DNA of 62,548 nt, filler included. It is 6 parts of 6 records of this genome, joined end to end, with 100 filler letters (N's around TTAATTAATTAA, not from the genome) between each part and the next. Parts side by side here need not be neighbours in the genome. Positions count along the whole stretch, not along the records: positions 1 to 20,491 come from SRR31156797_29260; positions 20,592 to 29,491 come from SRR31156797_29289; 4 more parts are not named here. The stretch is one strand, 5' to 3'. A model generated the notes under the pieces. The model ran no database searches. It saw only the letters and a program-made list of their open reading frames with translations, and was not told the DNA's origin. Made by a program: the position numbers and the translations under genes. This document shows positions 19,401 to 28,163 of this stretch, in pieces. Numbering within the stretch: the first letter of the stretch is position 1; the number at the start of each line of letters is the position of its first letter.

Positions 19401-19716
19401 TGGTGTAGGTGTAAGCCGCGATATTGAGCAGCGTAAAGGTGGGGGATATATAGCGTAGGAAAGCGGTGCCCAGGGTGACCGCACTCATTTGCTGGTAGTG
19501 GGATCGCTTTTGTTTCGCAAGAGCCCTGGGGGCTTCAAGCCGGGCCGGATCTTCCAGGTCCTTTTGCGCTTCCTGATTTACGGTTTCTTCGTCGTCCCTG
19601 TGCGGTTCTGCCGGGAAGGGGGCAGGCTCTTGTTTTTTTTCAGGTTCGTCTTTCATAAATTTTTCATAAAGCTTGACGCCTGCGTATGTAAGTAGCACAG
19701 CGGTGAGATCTAACAT
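16471..19716 (-). CDS. Fusion of an atypical P1B-type ATPase (about 19716-17680) and an FAD-dependent oxidoreductase (FAD_oxidored-like, about 17613-16471)
   Basis: ATPase motifs TGES, DKTGTLT, HP, GDGVND. After a Q/S/P-rich linker: VIVGAGAAG, LLEQ...PGG, DTTG, YDIP..L, NLFTAGKCFSA, ASARV.GTC.AMGQ. One continuous frame. ATG 19716 is 6 nt from AAGGAG (the track uses GTG 19722). Confidence 0.85.
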   Translation of the reverse strand: MLDLTAVLLTYAGVKLYEKFMKDEPEKKQEPAPFPAEPHRDDEETVNQEAQKDLEDPARLEAPRALAKQKRSHYQQMSAVTLGTAFLRYISPTFTLLNIAAYTYTMLPFYRRMEMAVRQRLLKEGKVDSHLLMGTGNLLLLGTGRYITAGIGLGFAYVGDAIQAKASQTAEKKLTSNLVDSLFDPHQKVWIIKEGIELENPLEEARQGDILVIRAGETIPIDGQVVSGMASVDQHAFTGESYPVEKGIGEPVFASTLILTGWLHVRVEKSGRETTIGRISEILANSLQSKTELQLRGEQWAEKANLPFMVIAGVGLVAFGPVGAMVILSGNTIQAIRVLAPLATLNYQSVASHRHILVKQGQGIEQISAIDTFLFDKTGTLTDGELTVNSLFCVHPDYGEEQILFYAALAEHQLTHPIAKAIVRRARETGLDVENLDDIEYRQGFGIMVQYRDLTIHVGSARFMEAESIPLTQETISRQDEIHADGHSLVMVAIDRQIAGLIELWARVRPEVQMVFNALRQKGIQHIGIVSGDYAAPTQKLAEALGADSIFAEVLPEDKADIVRRFKSEGRCVCFIGDGVNDAIAMQEADLSISLRGATTLATDVADIILTDPDLTHLCELLELSGRLETNLKRSLGICYMGMGSVLLGTLFGRIDIITAMGIHFALGTAAIGNAMMPLAEMKASQSQPTKEAQSEPGPSKPIVIVGAGAAGTACALAAAAQGSDVLLLEQSEQPGGTVAHTLIHTLGGLFDDQGEFLNPGLPVELAERLSQACPHTRKRRIGKNWTLSVDPEIYARVIREWMDEYPGIDIRYNMHITDVSVANGNIETMTVTHDGETQTLTPHTVIDTTGRADIVRHVKNVGDTVDGQTLAGMIVRLRGVAPDAVTFPKSVALLLRIRKAAQNRELPPECSTIWLDSGVYPDEVYVKFNLKPSGFNEARMEQVTNDLLAFLQVLPGFSRAVIDAGGRLGIRNGHQVQGDYTLTESDLKKGRRFPDAVCQACWPIEYWDPDQGVSLDHFPPGHRYDIPLCALKISGLNNLFTAGKCFSAEPRAQASARVVGTCWAMGQGLVNAIIKERKTA

Positions 19717-20257
19717 CTCCACTCCTTATGATTGTATTTTAAGGGACGCAGATTATGCAATAAATTATAAAAAGCTAAACCCATAGGAAAGAAAATTTTC
19801 CCAAGTTATGACATATAAATATATATTGATGAAAATCAATGGATAGCGATTTTTCTTTTATTAAGCAATGTATAACAAAGAATAAAAACATTATCAAGAG
19901 CTCGAAATATGGCTCCAACCAGGCATGACCCCATATGAAGATTTTCGCAGTTCAGATATTTATAAATCACGGTCATAACCAATGTCCGCCAAAGACCCAG
20001 GCGGGGTGTGTACATGTCATCGCATACCGGCTCCAGTATGCGTGAGAGCGGTCATTACAGGATTATTCGACAATTTCAATAAAAAGATGTTAAAAGATAT
20101 GATCCGGTCGGAATACGCTGCAAGCCGGGGTTTTTGAATAGTAAGGCATAAAGGTAAAAGGGATGCGACTTACCTGGCGCCCCTGATTTTTCCGTTACAT
20201 GTCATATTTAAGGTGAATGGGAACAAAAGAAACATAAGGGTAGTTGGAAAATTGAGA

Positions 20258-20491
20258 ATGATGAATCATTTTTTAAAGCTGTTGCATAAACCTGTAGCCA
20301 AACAGGTTTTTAATCCATGGGTTGAGGTCGATAAAGAAAATGACATTGATAAAACCGCTCCCGGGAAAAGAATATCTAACCTGAAATGTTATCTGGAAGA
20401 ACGTACTAATGCTGAATACCTGCTTCTTGCAGAGGCGCTGGGGTATCAAGGTGGACATTTTACAGGCATTCCCATGACCTCGGAAAGGATT
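20258..20491 (+). CDS. Uracil-DNA glycosylase superfamily protein, N-terminal fragment cut by the gap
   Basis: VFNPW and LLAEALGYQGGHFTGIPMTSER resemble UDG motif A of SMUG-like bacterial families. Confidence 0.7.
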
Positions 20492-20591
20492 NNNNNNNNN
20501 NNNNNNNNNNNNNNNNNNNNNNNNNNNNNNNNNNNTTAATTAATTAANNNNNNNNNNNNNNNNNNNNNNNNNNNNNNNNNNNNNNNNNNNN
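20492..20591. other. Artificial contig-joining spacer
   Basis: 44 N + TTAATTAATTAA (stops in all frames) + 44 N; identical at five positions. Confidence 0.98.
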
Positions 20592-20592
20592 T

Positions 20593-20625
20593 ATCATAAA
20601 CGAAAGCAAACAATCACAAACAAAC
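20593..20625 (+). promoter_or_regulatory. Possible DeoR-type direct-repeat operator upstream of chvE
   Basis: ATCATAAACGAAA and ATCACAAACAAAC with 20-bp period; a DeoR gene follows the operon. Confidence 0.3.
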
Positions 20626-20706
20626 AGACTTGGAGTTATGGTTTTGAATGGGATTGTTTGATGTAGCGTTAACGATAACGCAAGCGAAGTAAAAGGAGTG
20701 GTACAT

Positions 20707-21789
20707 ATGTTAAAGAAAAGAGCTATGGCCCTGATAATGATGGCTGTTATGGTAGCAGGTTTTGCCATGGCGGAAGGACAGAAAGACAGCAATTCCAAAG
20801 GATACATCGGCGTAGCCATGCCCACCCAGTCTTCCCAGAGATGGATTCAGGACGGCGGAAACATGAAAGAGCAGCTGGAAGCCAAGGGATACAAGGTCGA
20901 TCTCCAGTACGCCGAAGATGTTGTAGAGAATCAGGTCTCCCAGCTGGAAAATATGATTACCAAGGGCGTAAACGTCATGGTTATCGCCTCCATCGACGGC
21001 GAGGCCATTACAAATGTCCTTCAGAAGGCGGCGGAAGCCGATATTCCGGTGATTGCCTATGACCGTCTTATCAAAAATTCACCCAATGTTTCCTACTATG
21101 CTACCTTTGATAACTTCAAGGTCGGCGTTCAGCAGGGGGCTTATATCGTGGACGCTCTGGGGCTGGATGCAGGGGCCCGGGGACCCTTCAATATCGAATT
21201 GTTCGGCGGTTCTCCCGACGACAATAATGCTTATTTTTTCTATGACGGAGCGATGAGCGTTCTTCAGCCCTATATCGATAAGGGAGTGCTTGTCGTTCAG
21301 TCGGGTCAGACCGGTATGGAAAAATGCGCCACCCTGAGATGGGACGGAGCTACGGCTCAGGCCAGAATGGATAACCTGCTGACCGCTTTCTACGCTGACG
21401 GTGAAAAGGTGGATGCCATCCTGGCCCCCTACGACGGAATTTCCATTGGGGTTCTGTCATCGGTAAAAAACATCGGATACGGAACCGCCGGTCAGCCTCT
21501 GCCCATTATCACCGGCCAGGATGCGGAACTTCCTTCCATCAAATCCATAATCGCCGGAGAACAGACCCATACGGTTTTCAAAGACACGAGAGAGCTGGCT
21601 CGCGTGGCCGTGGGGATGGTCGAAGCCATCCTTAACGGGGGAGAACCTGAAATCAATGATACGAAGACATATGACAACGGAGTAAAGGTCGTTCCTTCCT
21701 ATCTGCTGGAGCCGGTCTCTCTGGATGTCAGCAACTATGAAGAGGTTCTGGTCGGCTCTGGTTACTATACCGAGGATCAGCTGCGGTAG
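20707..21789 (+). CDS. chvE: Multiple-monosaccharide ABC transporter substrate-binding protein
   Basis: [49 protein letters not shown]. Spirochaete-style signal (FAMAEGQK). ATG 20707 follows AGGAG. Confidence 0.92.
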   Translation: MLKKRAMALIMMAVMVAGFAMAEGQKDSNSKGYIGVAMPTQSSQRWIQDGGNMKEQLEAKGYKVDLQYAEDVVENQVSQLENMITKGVNVMVIASIDGEAITNVLQKAAEADIPVIAYDRLIKNSPNVSYYATFDNFKVGVQQGAYIVDALGLDAGARGPFNIELFGGSPDDNNAYFFYDGAMSVLQPYIDKGVLVVQSGQTGMEKCATLRWDGATAQARMDNLLTAFYADGEKVDAILAPYDGISIGVLSSVKNIGYGTAGQPLPIITGQDAELPSIKSIIAGEQTHTVFKDTRELARVAVGMVEAILNGGEPEINDTKTYDNGVKVVPSYLLEPVSLDVSNYEEVLVGSGYYTEDQLR

Positions 21790-21831
21790 TTAGCGGCATC
21801 TCTGATCCGAATGGATGTAAAAATGTATGAA

Positions 21832-21856
21832 CGGCGGCGGTGTTTCACCGCCGCCG
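21832..21856 (+). terminator. Strong intercistronic hairpin after the binding-protein gene (mRNA stabiliser or partial terminator)
   Basis: CGGCGGCGGTG-TTT-CACCGCCGCCG, perfect 11-bp stem. Confidence 0.75.
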
Positions 21857-21879
21857 GATTATTATGAAGGAGCCGGGAA

Positions 21880-23421
21880 ATGTCGGATTATATTCTGGAA
21901 ATGAGGAACATCACAAAGCTGTTTCCAGGAGTCAAAGCTCTGGACAATGTCAACCTCAAGGTGAAAGAGCATCAGATTCACGCCCTTGTGGGTGAAAACG
22001 GAGCAGGGAAATCCACCCTCATGAATGTCCTGAGTGGGGTTTATCCCGTAGGAAGTTATATGGGTGATATCGTTTATAAGGATGATATATGCCTGTTCAA
22101 AGAGATTAAAGAGAGTGAGAAGAAGGGAATTGTCATCATCCATCAGGAACTGGCGCTTGTCCCTTATCTATCCATCGCCGAGAATGTGTTTCTGGGGAAT
22201 GAACAGCAGTCCTCCAAAGGGGTTATCGACTGGAATCTGACCAGAACCAGGACAACCGAACTGCTGAAAAAGGTCCGGCTCGCAGACCATCCCGATACAA
22301 GGGTCAAAGACATCGGGGTCGGTAAGCAGCAGCTGGTTGAAATTGTGAAAGCCCTGGCCAAGGATGTGAAGCTTCTGATCCTTGATGAGCCTACGGCGGC
22401 TTTGAATGACGAGGATTCGGACAATCTCCTGAATCTCCTTCTTGAGCTGAAGGGGCAAGGGATCACATCCATCATCATATCCCATAAACTGAACGAGGTG
22501 ACCAAGGTCGCCGATGAGATTACGGTGATCCGCGACGGCGCCACCATCGAGACCCTGGTGAAAGGACGGGACGACATTAGCGAGGACCGGATCATAAAGG
22601 GAATGGTAGGACGCGAGCTTACGGACCGGTTCCCCGTCAGGAAGTCCGATCCCGGAGACGTCCTGTTTGAGGTTGCCGACTGGAACGTGTTCGATCCTAT
22701 GGATGATGAGAAAAAGGTCATCCATAATGTCTCCTTCAATGTCCGCAGAGGAGAGGTCGTAGGAATCGCCGGTTTGATGGGAGCCGGAAGAACCGAACTG
22801 GCCATGAGTGTTTTTGGAAGAAGCTACGGTCAGCATATCAGGGGAAAGACTTTTCTGGATGGCCGTGAGGTCAATCTGAAATCTGTCAGCGACGCCATCG
22901 ATAACGGGTTGGCCTATGTCACTGAGGACAGGAAAAACGCCGGCCTTGTCCTTATCGACGATATTAAACGGAACATTTCCCTGACGGCTCTTGATAAGAT
23001 CAGCAGGCGTCAGGTTATAGACAGCAATAAAGAGATTCACGTAGGAGAGGAGTACAGGAAGAAACTCAATATAAAGTCTTCCAGTATTCTTCAGAAAACC
23101 GGGAACCTTTCGGGAGGAAACCAGCAGAAGGTGGTACTCAGCAAATGGATCTTCGCCGAACCGGAGATCCTTATCCTCGATGAACCGACCAGGGGAATCG
23201 ACGTGGGAGCCAAATATGAGATCTATACCATCATCAATCGGCTTGCGTCCGAAGGGAAATCCATTATCATGATCTCCTCGGAGCTTCCTGAAGTGCTGGG
23301 AATGAGCGATCGGGTTTACGTGATGAACGAGGGGCGCATCGTGGGAGAACTGGATAAGAAAGATGCGTCCCAGGAGAGTATAATGAAGTGTATTATGCAG
23401 AATAAAAGGGAGAACGCTTGA
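21880..23421 (+). CDS. gguA: Sugar ABC transporter ATP-binding protein (two NBDs, GguA/MmsA)
   Basis: [35 protein letters not shown]. Confidence 0.93.
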   Translation: MSDYILEMRNITKLFPGVKALDNVNLKVKEHQIHALVGENGAGKSTLMNVLSGVYPVGSYMGDIVYKDDICLFKEIKESEKKGIVIIHQELALVPYLSIAENVFLGNEQQSSKGVIDWNLTRTRTTELLKKVRLADHPDTRVKDIGVGKQQLVEIVKALAKDVKLLILDEPTAALNDEDSDNLLNLLLELKGQGITSIIISHKLNEVTKVADEITVIRDGATIETLVKGRDDISEDRIIKGMVGRELTDRFPVRKSDPGDVLFEVADWNVFDPMDDEKKVIHNVSFNVRRGEVVGIAGLMGAGRTELAMSVFGRSYGQHIRGKTFLDGREVNLKSVSDAIDNGLAYVTEDRKNAGLVLIDDIKRNISLTALDKISRRQVIDSNKEIHVGEEYRKKLNIKSSSILQKTGNLSGGNQQKVVLSKWIFAEPEILILDEPTRGIDVGAKYEIYTIINRLASEGKSIIMISSELPEVLGMSDRVYVMNEGRIVGELDKKDASQESIMKCIMQNKRENA

Positions 23422-24590
23422 TGGACAAAATTTTACATATCTTCAAAACCCATATGAGACAGTACGCGATGATTGTGGCGCTTGTCGCTATTATGATCCT
23501 GTTTCAGTTCCTTACAGGGGGAATCCTCCTGAAGCCTCTGAATGTCACGAACTTGATTCTGCAGAACAGCTATATCCTGGTTCTGGCCATCGGGATGCTC
23601 CTCTGTATCCTGACGGGAGGGAATATCGACCTTTCCGTCGGCTCCACCGCCGCTTTCGTCGGAGCTGTATCGGCGACATTCATTATTACTTTCGGAATGC
23701 CTGTTTTTCCTGCCATCATTCTGTCCCTGATGATCGGCGCTCTTGTCGGAGCCTGGCAGGGGTACTGGATCGCCTATGTAAGGATCCCCGCCTTTATCGT
23801 GACTCTTTCGGGTATGCTCGTCTTCCGCGGGCTGACGATGGTTATTCTCAAAGGACGGACTTTGGCGCCGTTTCCCGTCTCCTATCAGAAGATAGCATCG
23901 GGATTCATCCCCGACTTTCTGAGCGGCGGAGAGGGGCTGCATGTTACGACTATCCTGATCGGTCTGGTCTGTTCCGTTTTGTATGCGGTCGCCGCATTGA
24001 AGAACAGAAAGAACAAACAGAAATATGATTTCGCCGTGTCAGCCTTTCCTCTTTATATTGCCAGAGTGGTCATGCTGATGATGGTGATCAATCTGTTCAC
24101 CTACTGGCTGGCCCGTTACAAGGGAATTCCCAATGTGCTGCTTCTGCTGACTGTTCTGGTCCTGAGTTATTCTTTTATGACCAATAAAACCATTATGGGA
24201 AGGCATATCTATGCCTTCGGCGGGAATGAGAAAGCCGCGAAGTTATCGGGTGTGAAGACGAACCGGGTTCTTTTCGGGGTCTATGTTAACATGAGCGTTC
24301 TGGCGGCTCTCGCCGGAATCATATTTGCCGGCCGTCTGAATGCCGCTACTCCCAAGGCCGGTAACCTTTTTGAACTCGATGCCATTGCGGCCTGTTTCAT
24401 AGGGGGCGCTTCGGCGACCGGCGGCGTGGGAACCATCGTGGGAGCCATCATCGGCGGTCTGATAATGGGGGTTCTGAATAACGGAATGTCCATCATGGGC
24501 GTCAGCATCGACTGGCAGCAGACGATCAAGGGGCTTGTTCTTCTGTTCGCCGTCGCCTTCGATGTTTACAGTAAGTCAAAATCAAAGTGA
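23418..24590 (+). CDS. gguB: Sugar ABC transporter permease (GguB/MmsB)
   Basis: Multi-TM protein; [39 protein letters not shown]. Confidence 0.93.
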   Translation: MMDKILHIFKTHMRQYAMIVALVAIMILFQFLTGGILLKPLNVTNLILQNSYILVLAIGMLLCILTGGNIDLSVGSTAAFVGAVSATFIITFGMPVFPAIILSLMIGALVGAWQGYWIAYVRIPAFIVTLSGMLVFRGLTMVILKGRTLAPFPVSYQKIASGFIPDFLSGGEGLHVTTILIGLVCSVLYAVAALKNRKNKQKYDFAVSAFPLYIARVVMLMMVINLFTYWLARYKGIPNVLLLLTVLVLSYSFMTNKTIMGRHIYAFGGNEKAAKLSGVKTNRVLFGVYVNMSVLAALAGIIFAGRLNAATPKAGNLFELDAIAACFIGGASATGGVGTIVGAIIGGLIMGVLNNGMSIMGVSIDWQQTIKGLVLLFAVAFDVYSKSKSK

Positions 24591-24634
24591 TTCCTTTCTT
24601 CATAAACAGAGCGGTTTAGAGTCGTTCTCCTCCT

Positions 24635-24668
24635 GCTCCTGCACCGTATGATGCAGGAGCTTCCTTTC
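24635..24668 (+). terminator. Probable rho-independent terminator after gguB
   Basis: GCTCCTGCA-8 nt-TGCAGGAGC followed by a pyrimidine tract. Confidence 0.6.
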
Positions 24669-24703
24669 CAAAAAGCAGGAAATCCTGTATAAATATTACT
24701 CAT

Positions 24704-25483
24704 ATGTTTGCTGTAGAACGGGTTAAGATCATAAAGAAATATCTACGTGAGAACCGAAAGGTCGAGGTTGCGGTTCTCAGCGATATTCTTGATGTCTCGG
24801 AAGTGACGATACGCCGGGATCTTGAGAAAATGGAGAAAGAGGGTATTTTAACAAGAACCCACGGCGGAGCCATGCTGAATGAGCCGGAAGAGAATTCCTT
24901 CTCCGTCACTCGCATCCCTGAAAACAGCGAGAATGCCGGAATCGGACAGATCGCCAGCCACCTGGTTGAGGATAACGATGTCATCATGATTACCCAGGGG
25001 GCCGTCGCCGTTCAGCTCGCGAGGCATCTGGGCGACAAGAAAAATCTGACGGTTCTTACCAATGATCTGCTTATCGCGCTGGAACTGACGGCTTTTCCCC
25101 AGCTGAAGGTCATCATCCTGGGGGGGGATCTGGAACACCAGTCCAAGGGGGTGTTTGGAAACTACACAATCAACAGCATCCGCAGTTTTTTTGTGAACAA
25201 GGTCTTTTTCGAAGTAAGCGGGATAAACGAGAACGCCGGCTTTACTGTTTCCAGCATCGAAAAAGCAAATCTGATTCAGGAGGCTTTGAAAATATCGTCA
25301 GAGGGCGTATGCCTTTGCTCCTCGGAATGCTTTGGAAATACGGCATTCTATCCTGTCGGGCCTCTTTCGCTGGCGACCAAAATCGTAACCGGTTCCGATC
25401 TGGAGGACAGGTATAAAAACCTGGTCTTCGATCAGAATATTCAGCTATTTACTTCTCTTCAGATGTATGAAGGACATGCTTGA
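24704..25483 (+). CDS. DeoR/GlpR family transcriptional regulator
   Basis: VSEVTIRRDL...RTHGGA HTH; C-terminal sensor domain with VLTND and ILGG. Confidence 0.92.
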   Translation: MFAVERVKIIKKYLRENRKVEVAVLSDILDVSEVTIRRDLEKMEKEGILTRTHGGAMLNEPEENSFSVTRIPENSENAGIGQIASHLVEDNDVIMITQGAVAVQLARHLGDKKNLTVLTNDLLIALELTAFPQLKVIILGGDLEHQSKGVFGNYTINSIRSFFVNKVFFEVSGINENAGFTVSSIEKANLIQEALKISSEGVCLCSSECFGNTAFYPVGPLSLATKIVTGSDLEDRYKNLVFDQNIQLFTSLQMYEGHA

Positions 25484-26987
25484 AACAACGTTATTAAGAC
25501 TTGAGAAGGTCAGCAGACTCTTTCCGGACGACTTCCGCCTCAACATGATCGATCTGGATTTGAAGGCGGGAGAAGTTCATGTCGTCATGGGAGAGAACGG
25601 CTCGGGGAAATCCTGTCTTATGCAGATCCTCAGCGGTTCGGTGAGTCCCGACCGCGGGAGTTATTTCATAATGGGGCATCGGGTAAATTTCAGCAGTACC
25701 GCGGAAGCTTATGAAAACTCCATTATCTATATCCGTCAGAGTGCGAATATCCTCCAGAACCTTTCGGTGGCGGAGAATATTTATTACGACAGAATGCCCT
25801 ACGGCAGCCGACTGTTCAAAGTCATCGATTATAACAAGCTAAGGCGGGACTGCAGAGATCTGATCGAGGATCTGGATCTGCCCTTTGATGTCGACGATCA
25901 GGTCTCCCAGTTAGGAATGGCCCAGCGCCAGATTATGGGATTCTGCAGGGCCTATGTTTCGGATGCGAAGATCGTGATACTGGATGAGCCTACGGCCTCC
26001 CTCACCGAACACGATCAGATTATCCTGCATACGATCATGGCGAGGATAAAGAGCCGGGGAGCCGGTATCCTCTATGTTTCCCATCAGCTGGATGAGATCA
26101 GACGCTTCGGGGACAGAGTCTCTATAATGAATAAAGGACGTCTGGCGGGGACCTTGGAACTCGATTCGGCGAGCGATGAAGATATTATTCACCTTATGTC
26201 CGGATCGGTTCTCAGTAAGCGATATCCAAGGATTCATGTCAGAAACATAGACAAGACGCTGCTGCAAATCAGGCGTATGACCGCGGCTCCCGTTTTGCAT
26301 AATATTAATCTCACCCTGTACGAAGGCGAGATTCTGGGCATAACAGGCCTGGCTGGTTCCGGAAGAACCTACCTGGCCCACTGCCTATTCGGTGATCACA
26401 GATGGGATGAGGGAGCTATGGCGGTTAACGGCCATGGAGTCGAAATCCATAGCCCGGGGGACGCCATCGACTGCGGGATAGCGCTTATTCCCGAGGACAG
26501 GATAAGGGATTCTCTTATCGGATGTCTCAATCTGGCGGATAATATATCTCTCAGCGCTCTGGGGCGTTTTTCACATTTCAAGACCCTGAATACGACGTTT
26601 CTCAATCAGGCGGCCGTCGATTATATCCGCAAATTCAATGTGGATTACAGGGAAAACCATAAATCCGTGAGCCAGTTCGGTCCCGGCGTTCAGCAGAAAA
26701 TCTCTCTGGCGAAATGGATTATGAACCGTCCCGGGATCTTCATCCTCGACGATCCGACCCGTTCGCTGGATATCCCAACCCGGGTGGATATATATAACTC
26801 AATGAACGATCTCATCCGCAAAGGCGCGGGCGTCCTGTTTATCTCTTCGGATATTGAAGAGGTTCTGGGAATGTGCGACCGGGTCATGGTTCTCTCCGGG
26901 GGGACGTTTGTCTGCGATCTGGATGCGAAAAAGACCAGCAAGGAAGAGATCTTGGCTTTCGCTACAGGAGATGTAAAAGGGAATTGA
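25467..26987 (+). CDS. Orphan RbsA-like sugar ABC ATPase with a degenerate second NBD
   Basis: GENGSGKS and ILDEPT in NBD1; NBD2 signature reads FGPGVQQK and Walker B reads ILDDPT; overlaps the DeoR stop. Confidence 0.85.
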   Translation: MKDMLETTLLRLEKVSRLFPDDFRLNMIDLDLKAGEVHVVMGENGSGKSCLMQILSGSVSPDRGSYFIMGHRVNFSSTAEAYENSIIYIRQSANILQNLSVAENIYYDRMPYGSRLFKVIDYNKLRRDCRDLIEDLDLPFDVDDQVSQLGMAQRQIMGFCRAYVSDAKIVILDEPTASLTEHDQIILHTIMARIKSRGAGILYVSHQLDEIRRFGDRVSIMNKGRLAGTLELDSASDEDIIHLMSGSVLSKRYPRIHVRNIDKTLLQIRRMTAAPVLHNINLTLYEGEILGITGLAGSGRTYLAHCLFGDHRWDEGAMAVNGHGVEIHSPGDAIDCGIALIPEDRIRDSLIGCLNLADNISLSALGRFSHFKTLNTTFLNQAAVDYIRKFNVDYRENHKSVSQFGPGVQQKISLAKWIMNRPGIFILDDPTRSLDIPTRVDIYNSMNDLIRKGAGVLFISSDIEEVLGMCDRVMVLSGGTFVCDLDAKKTSKEEILAFATGDVKGN

Positions 26988-27009
26988 TCCGGAAAAGGGG
27001 CGGGCCGCT

Positions 27010-28092
27010 TCAGCAGCGGGTGGATTCCCGCTCGATGAAGCGCCCGTCGACCAGCATCTTCCGGGGGGCGGACGCGGGATTGCGGAGACGCAGGCGCATC
27101 AGGTCCACCGCCATCCTTCCTATCTCCTCCATGCCGATGGCCAGGGAGGAGAGGGATACCTTCAGGTGCCGGGCGAACCGGGTGTTGCCCAGGCCGGCGA
27201 TCTGCACGTCGTCGGGTATCCGGATATTCCGGTCGAGCAGTTCGGCCATCAGGTCGGCCGCCAGGGAGTCGGATGTGCAGAAAAGGGCATCGATCCCGTC
27301 CTCCAGAATCCCGTCGCACAGGGTTCCGGGATCGCTTCCCTGGGGGATGGTATAGCTTTTCGCCTCCTGGGACGCTTCGCGGGACGCCTCTTCAAAGCCC
27401 TTGATCAGAAGGGTGTTGATCAGGGGGCACTTCTCCTCCCAGCAGACAGCCGGACGGGCGCTGCCGTTCCGGGTGAGGGCGCGGCCTATCCGGTATCCGA
27501 CGGCGTAGCTGTCCAGGCCGCAGAAGTCATAGGGGCTGATGTGGCTGAAGGAGTAGAGGTTCTGGTAGATGATCTGAACCGGGATGTTCGCCTTCTCAAA
27601 CATACGGATCATCTCTTCAAAGGTCTCTCGGGGGATATCCGGCGCGGGGTAGAGGAAGATGCCTGTCACCCTCTGCTTGATATATTTCTTACAGAACTCA
27701 AAGGACTGCTGGATCCTGTCCTCTACGCTCCCTATCAGGGAGCCCGACCAGATCAGGGTGTAGTCTTCTTCCTCGCAGGAGCGGGCTATCTGGGAGTAGA
27801 GGGGTTCCAGGATCTGGTTCTGCCCTATATCGGGGACCAGAAGGGCGAGGTATTTCTCCTCCGTTCCCTCGGGGATGTTCTTTACAAATGTGCCGGCCCC
27901 CACCTTCCGCTCTATCAGCCCCTCTTCCTGGAGATCGTTCAGGGCCTTGGCGATGGTGGGACGGGAGATGCCGTACTCCTCTACCAGCATGAACTCGGTG
28001 GGCAGCTGTTCGCCTTTCCTGTACTCCCCCGACTGGATCTTGCGGTACAGATCGTTATAGATGATTCTGTATTTTGATTCCTTCGTACTCAT
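27010..28092 (-). CDS. GntR-HTH plus LacI-type sensor regulator (AraR-like)
   Basis: LPTE..L..EYGISRPTIAKAL...GAGTFV, followed by a periplasmic-binding-fold domain (IPDDVQIAG). Confidence 0.9.
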   Translation of the reverse strand: MSTKESKYRIIYNDLYRKIQSGEYRKGEQLPTEFMLVEEYGISRPTIAKALNDLQEEGLIERKVGAGTFVKNIPEGTEEKYLALLVPDIGQNQILEPLYSQIARSCEEEDYTLIWSGSLIGSVEDRIQQSFEFCKKYIKQRVTGIFLYPAPDIPRETFEEMIRMFEKANIPVQIIYQNLYSFSHISPYDFCGLDSYAVGYRIGRALTRNGSARPAVCWEEKCPLINTLLIKGFEEASREASQEAKSYTIPQGSDPGTLCDGILEDGIDALFCTSDSLAADLMAELLDRNIRIPDDVQIAGLGNTRFARHLKVSLSSLAIGMEEIGRMAVDLMRLRLRNPASAPRKMLVDGRFIERESTRC

Positions 28093-28155
28093 TTGTCAAA
28101 TGCCTGGCCTGAGCTTATCAATTAATTTGACAAATGCATAGGGCCATGGTAGCTT
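28090..28155. promoter_or_regulatory. Paired ATTTGWCAAAT operators and a sigma70 promoter in the divergent region
   Basis: CATTTGTCAAAT (28090-28101) and ATTTGACAAATG (28125-28136) are exact reverse complements. TTGACA(28127)-17 bp-TAGCTT(28150) with an extended TG. Confidence 0.65.
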
Positions 28156-28163
28156 CCCTTTAA

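Noticed and set aside
2044-19695. Many 60-300 aa ORFs overlapping the PKS-NRPS, ligase and ATPase genes
   Set aside because: Antisense or alternate-frame shadows expected in GC-rich coding DNA; no motifs or RBS.
19723-20257. ncRNA, riboswitch or mobile-element remnant upstream of the cluster
   Set aside because: Only short palindromes (ATTGAT-GAAA-ATCAAT; CGCATAC...GTATGCG); no recognisable consensus.
20536-20547. TTAATTAATTAA as a biological repeat
   Set aside because: Always centred in 44+44 N; an assembly linker. ORFs ending in X runs are artefacts of it.
27166-28077. 303-aa plus-strand ORF
   Set aside because: Antisense shadow of the GntR/LacI regulator.
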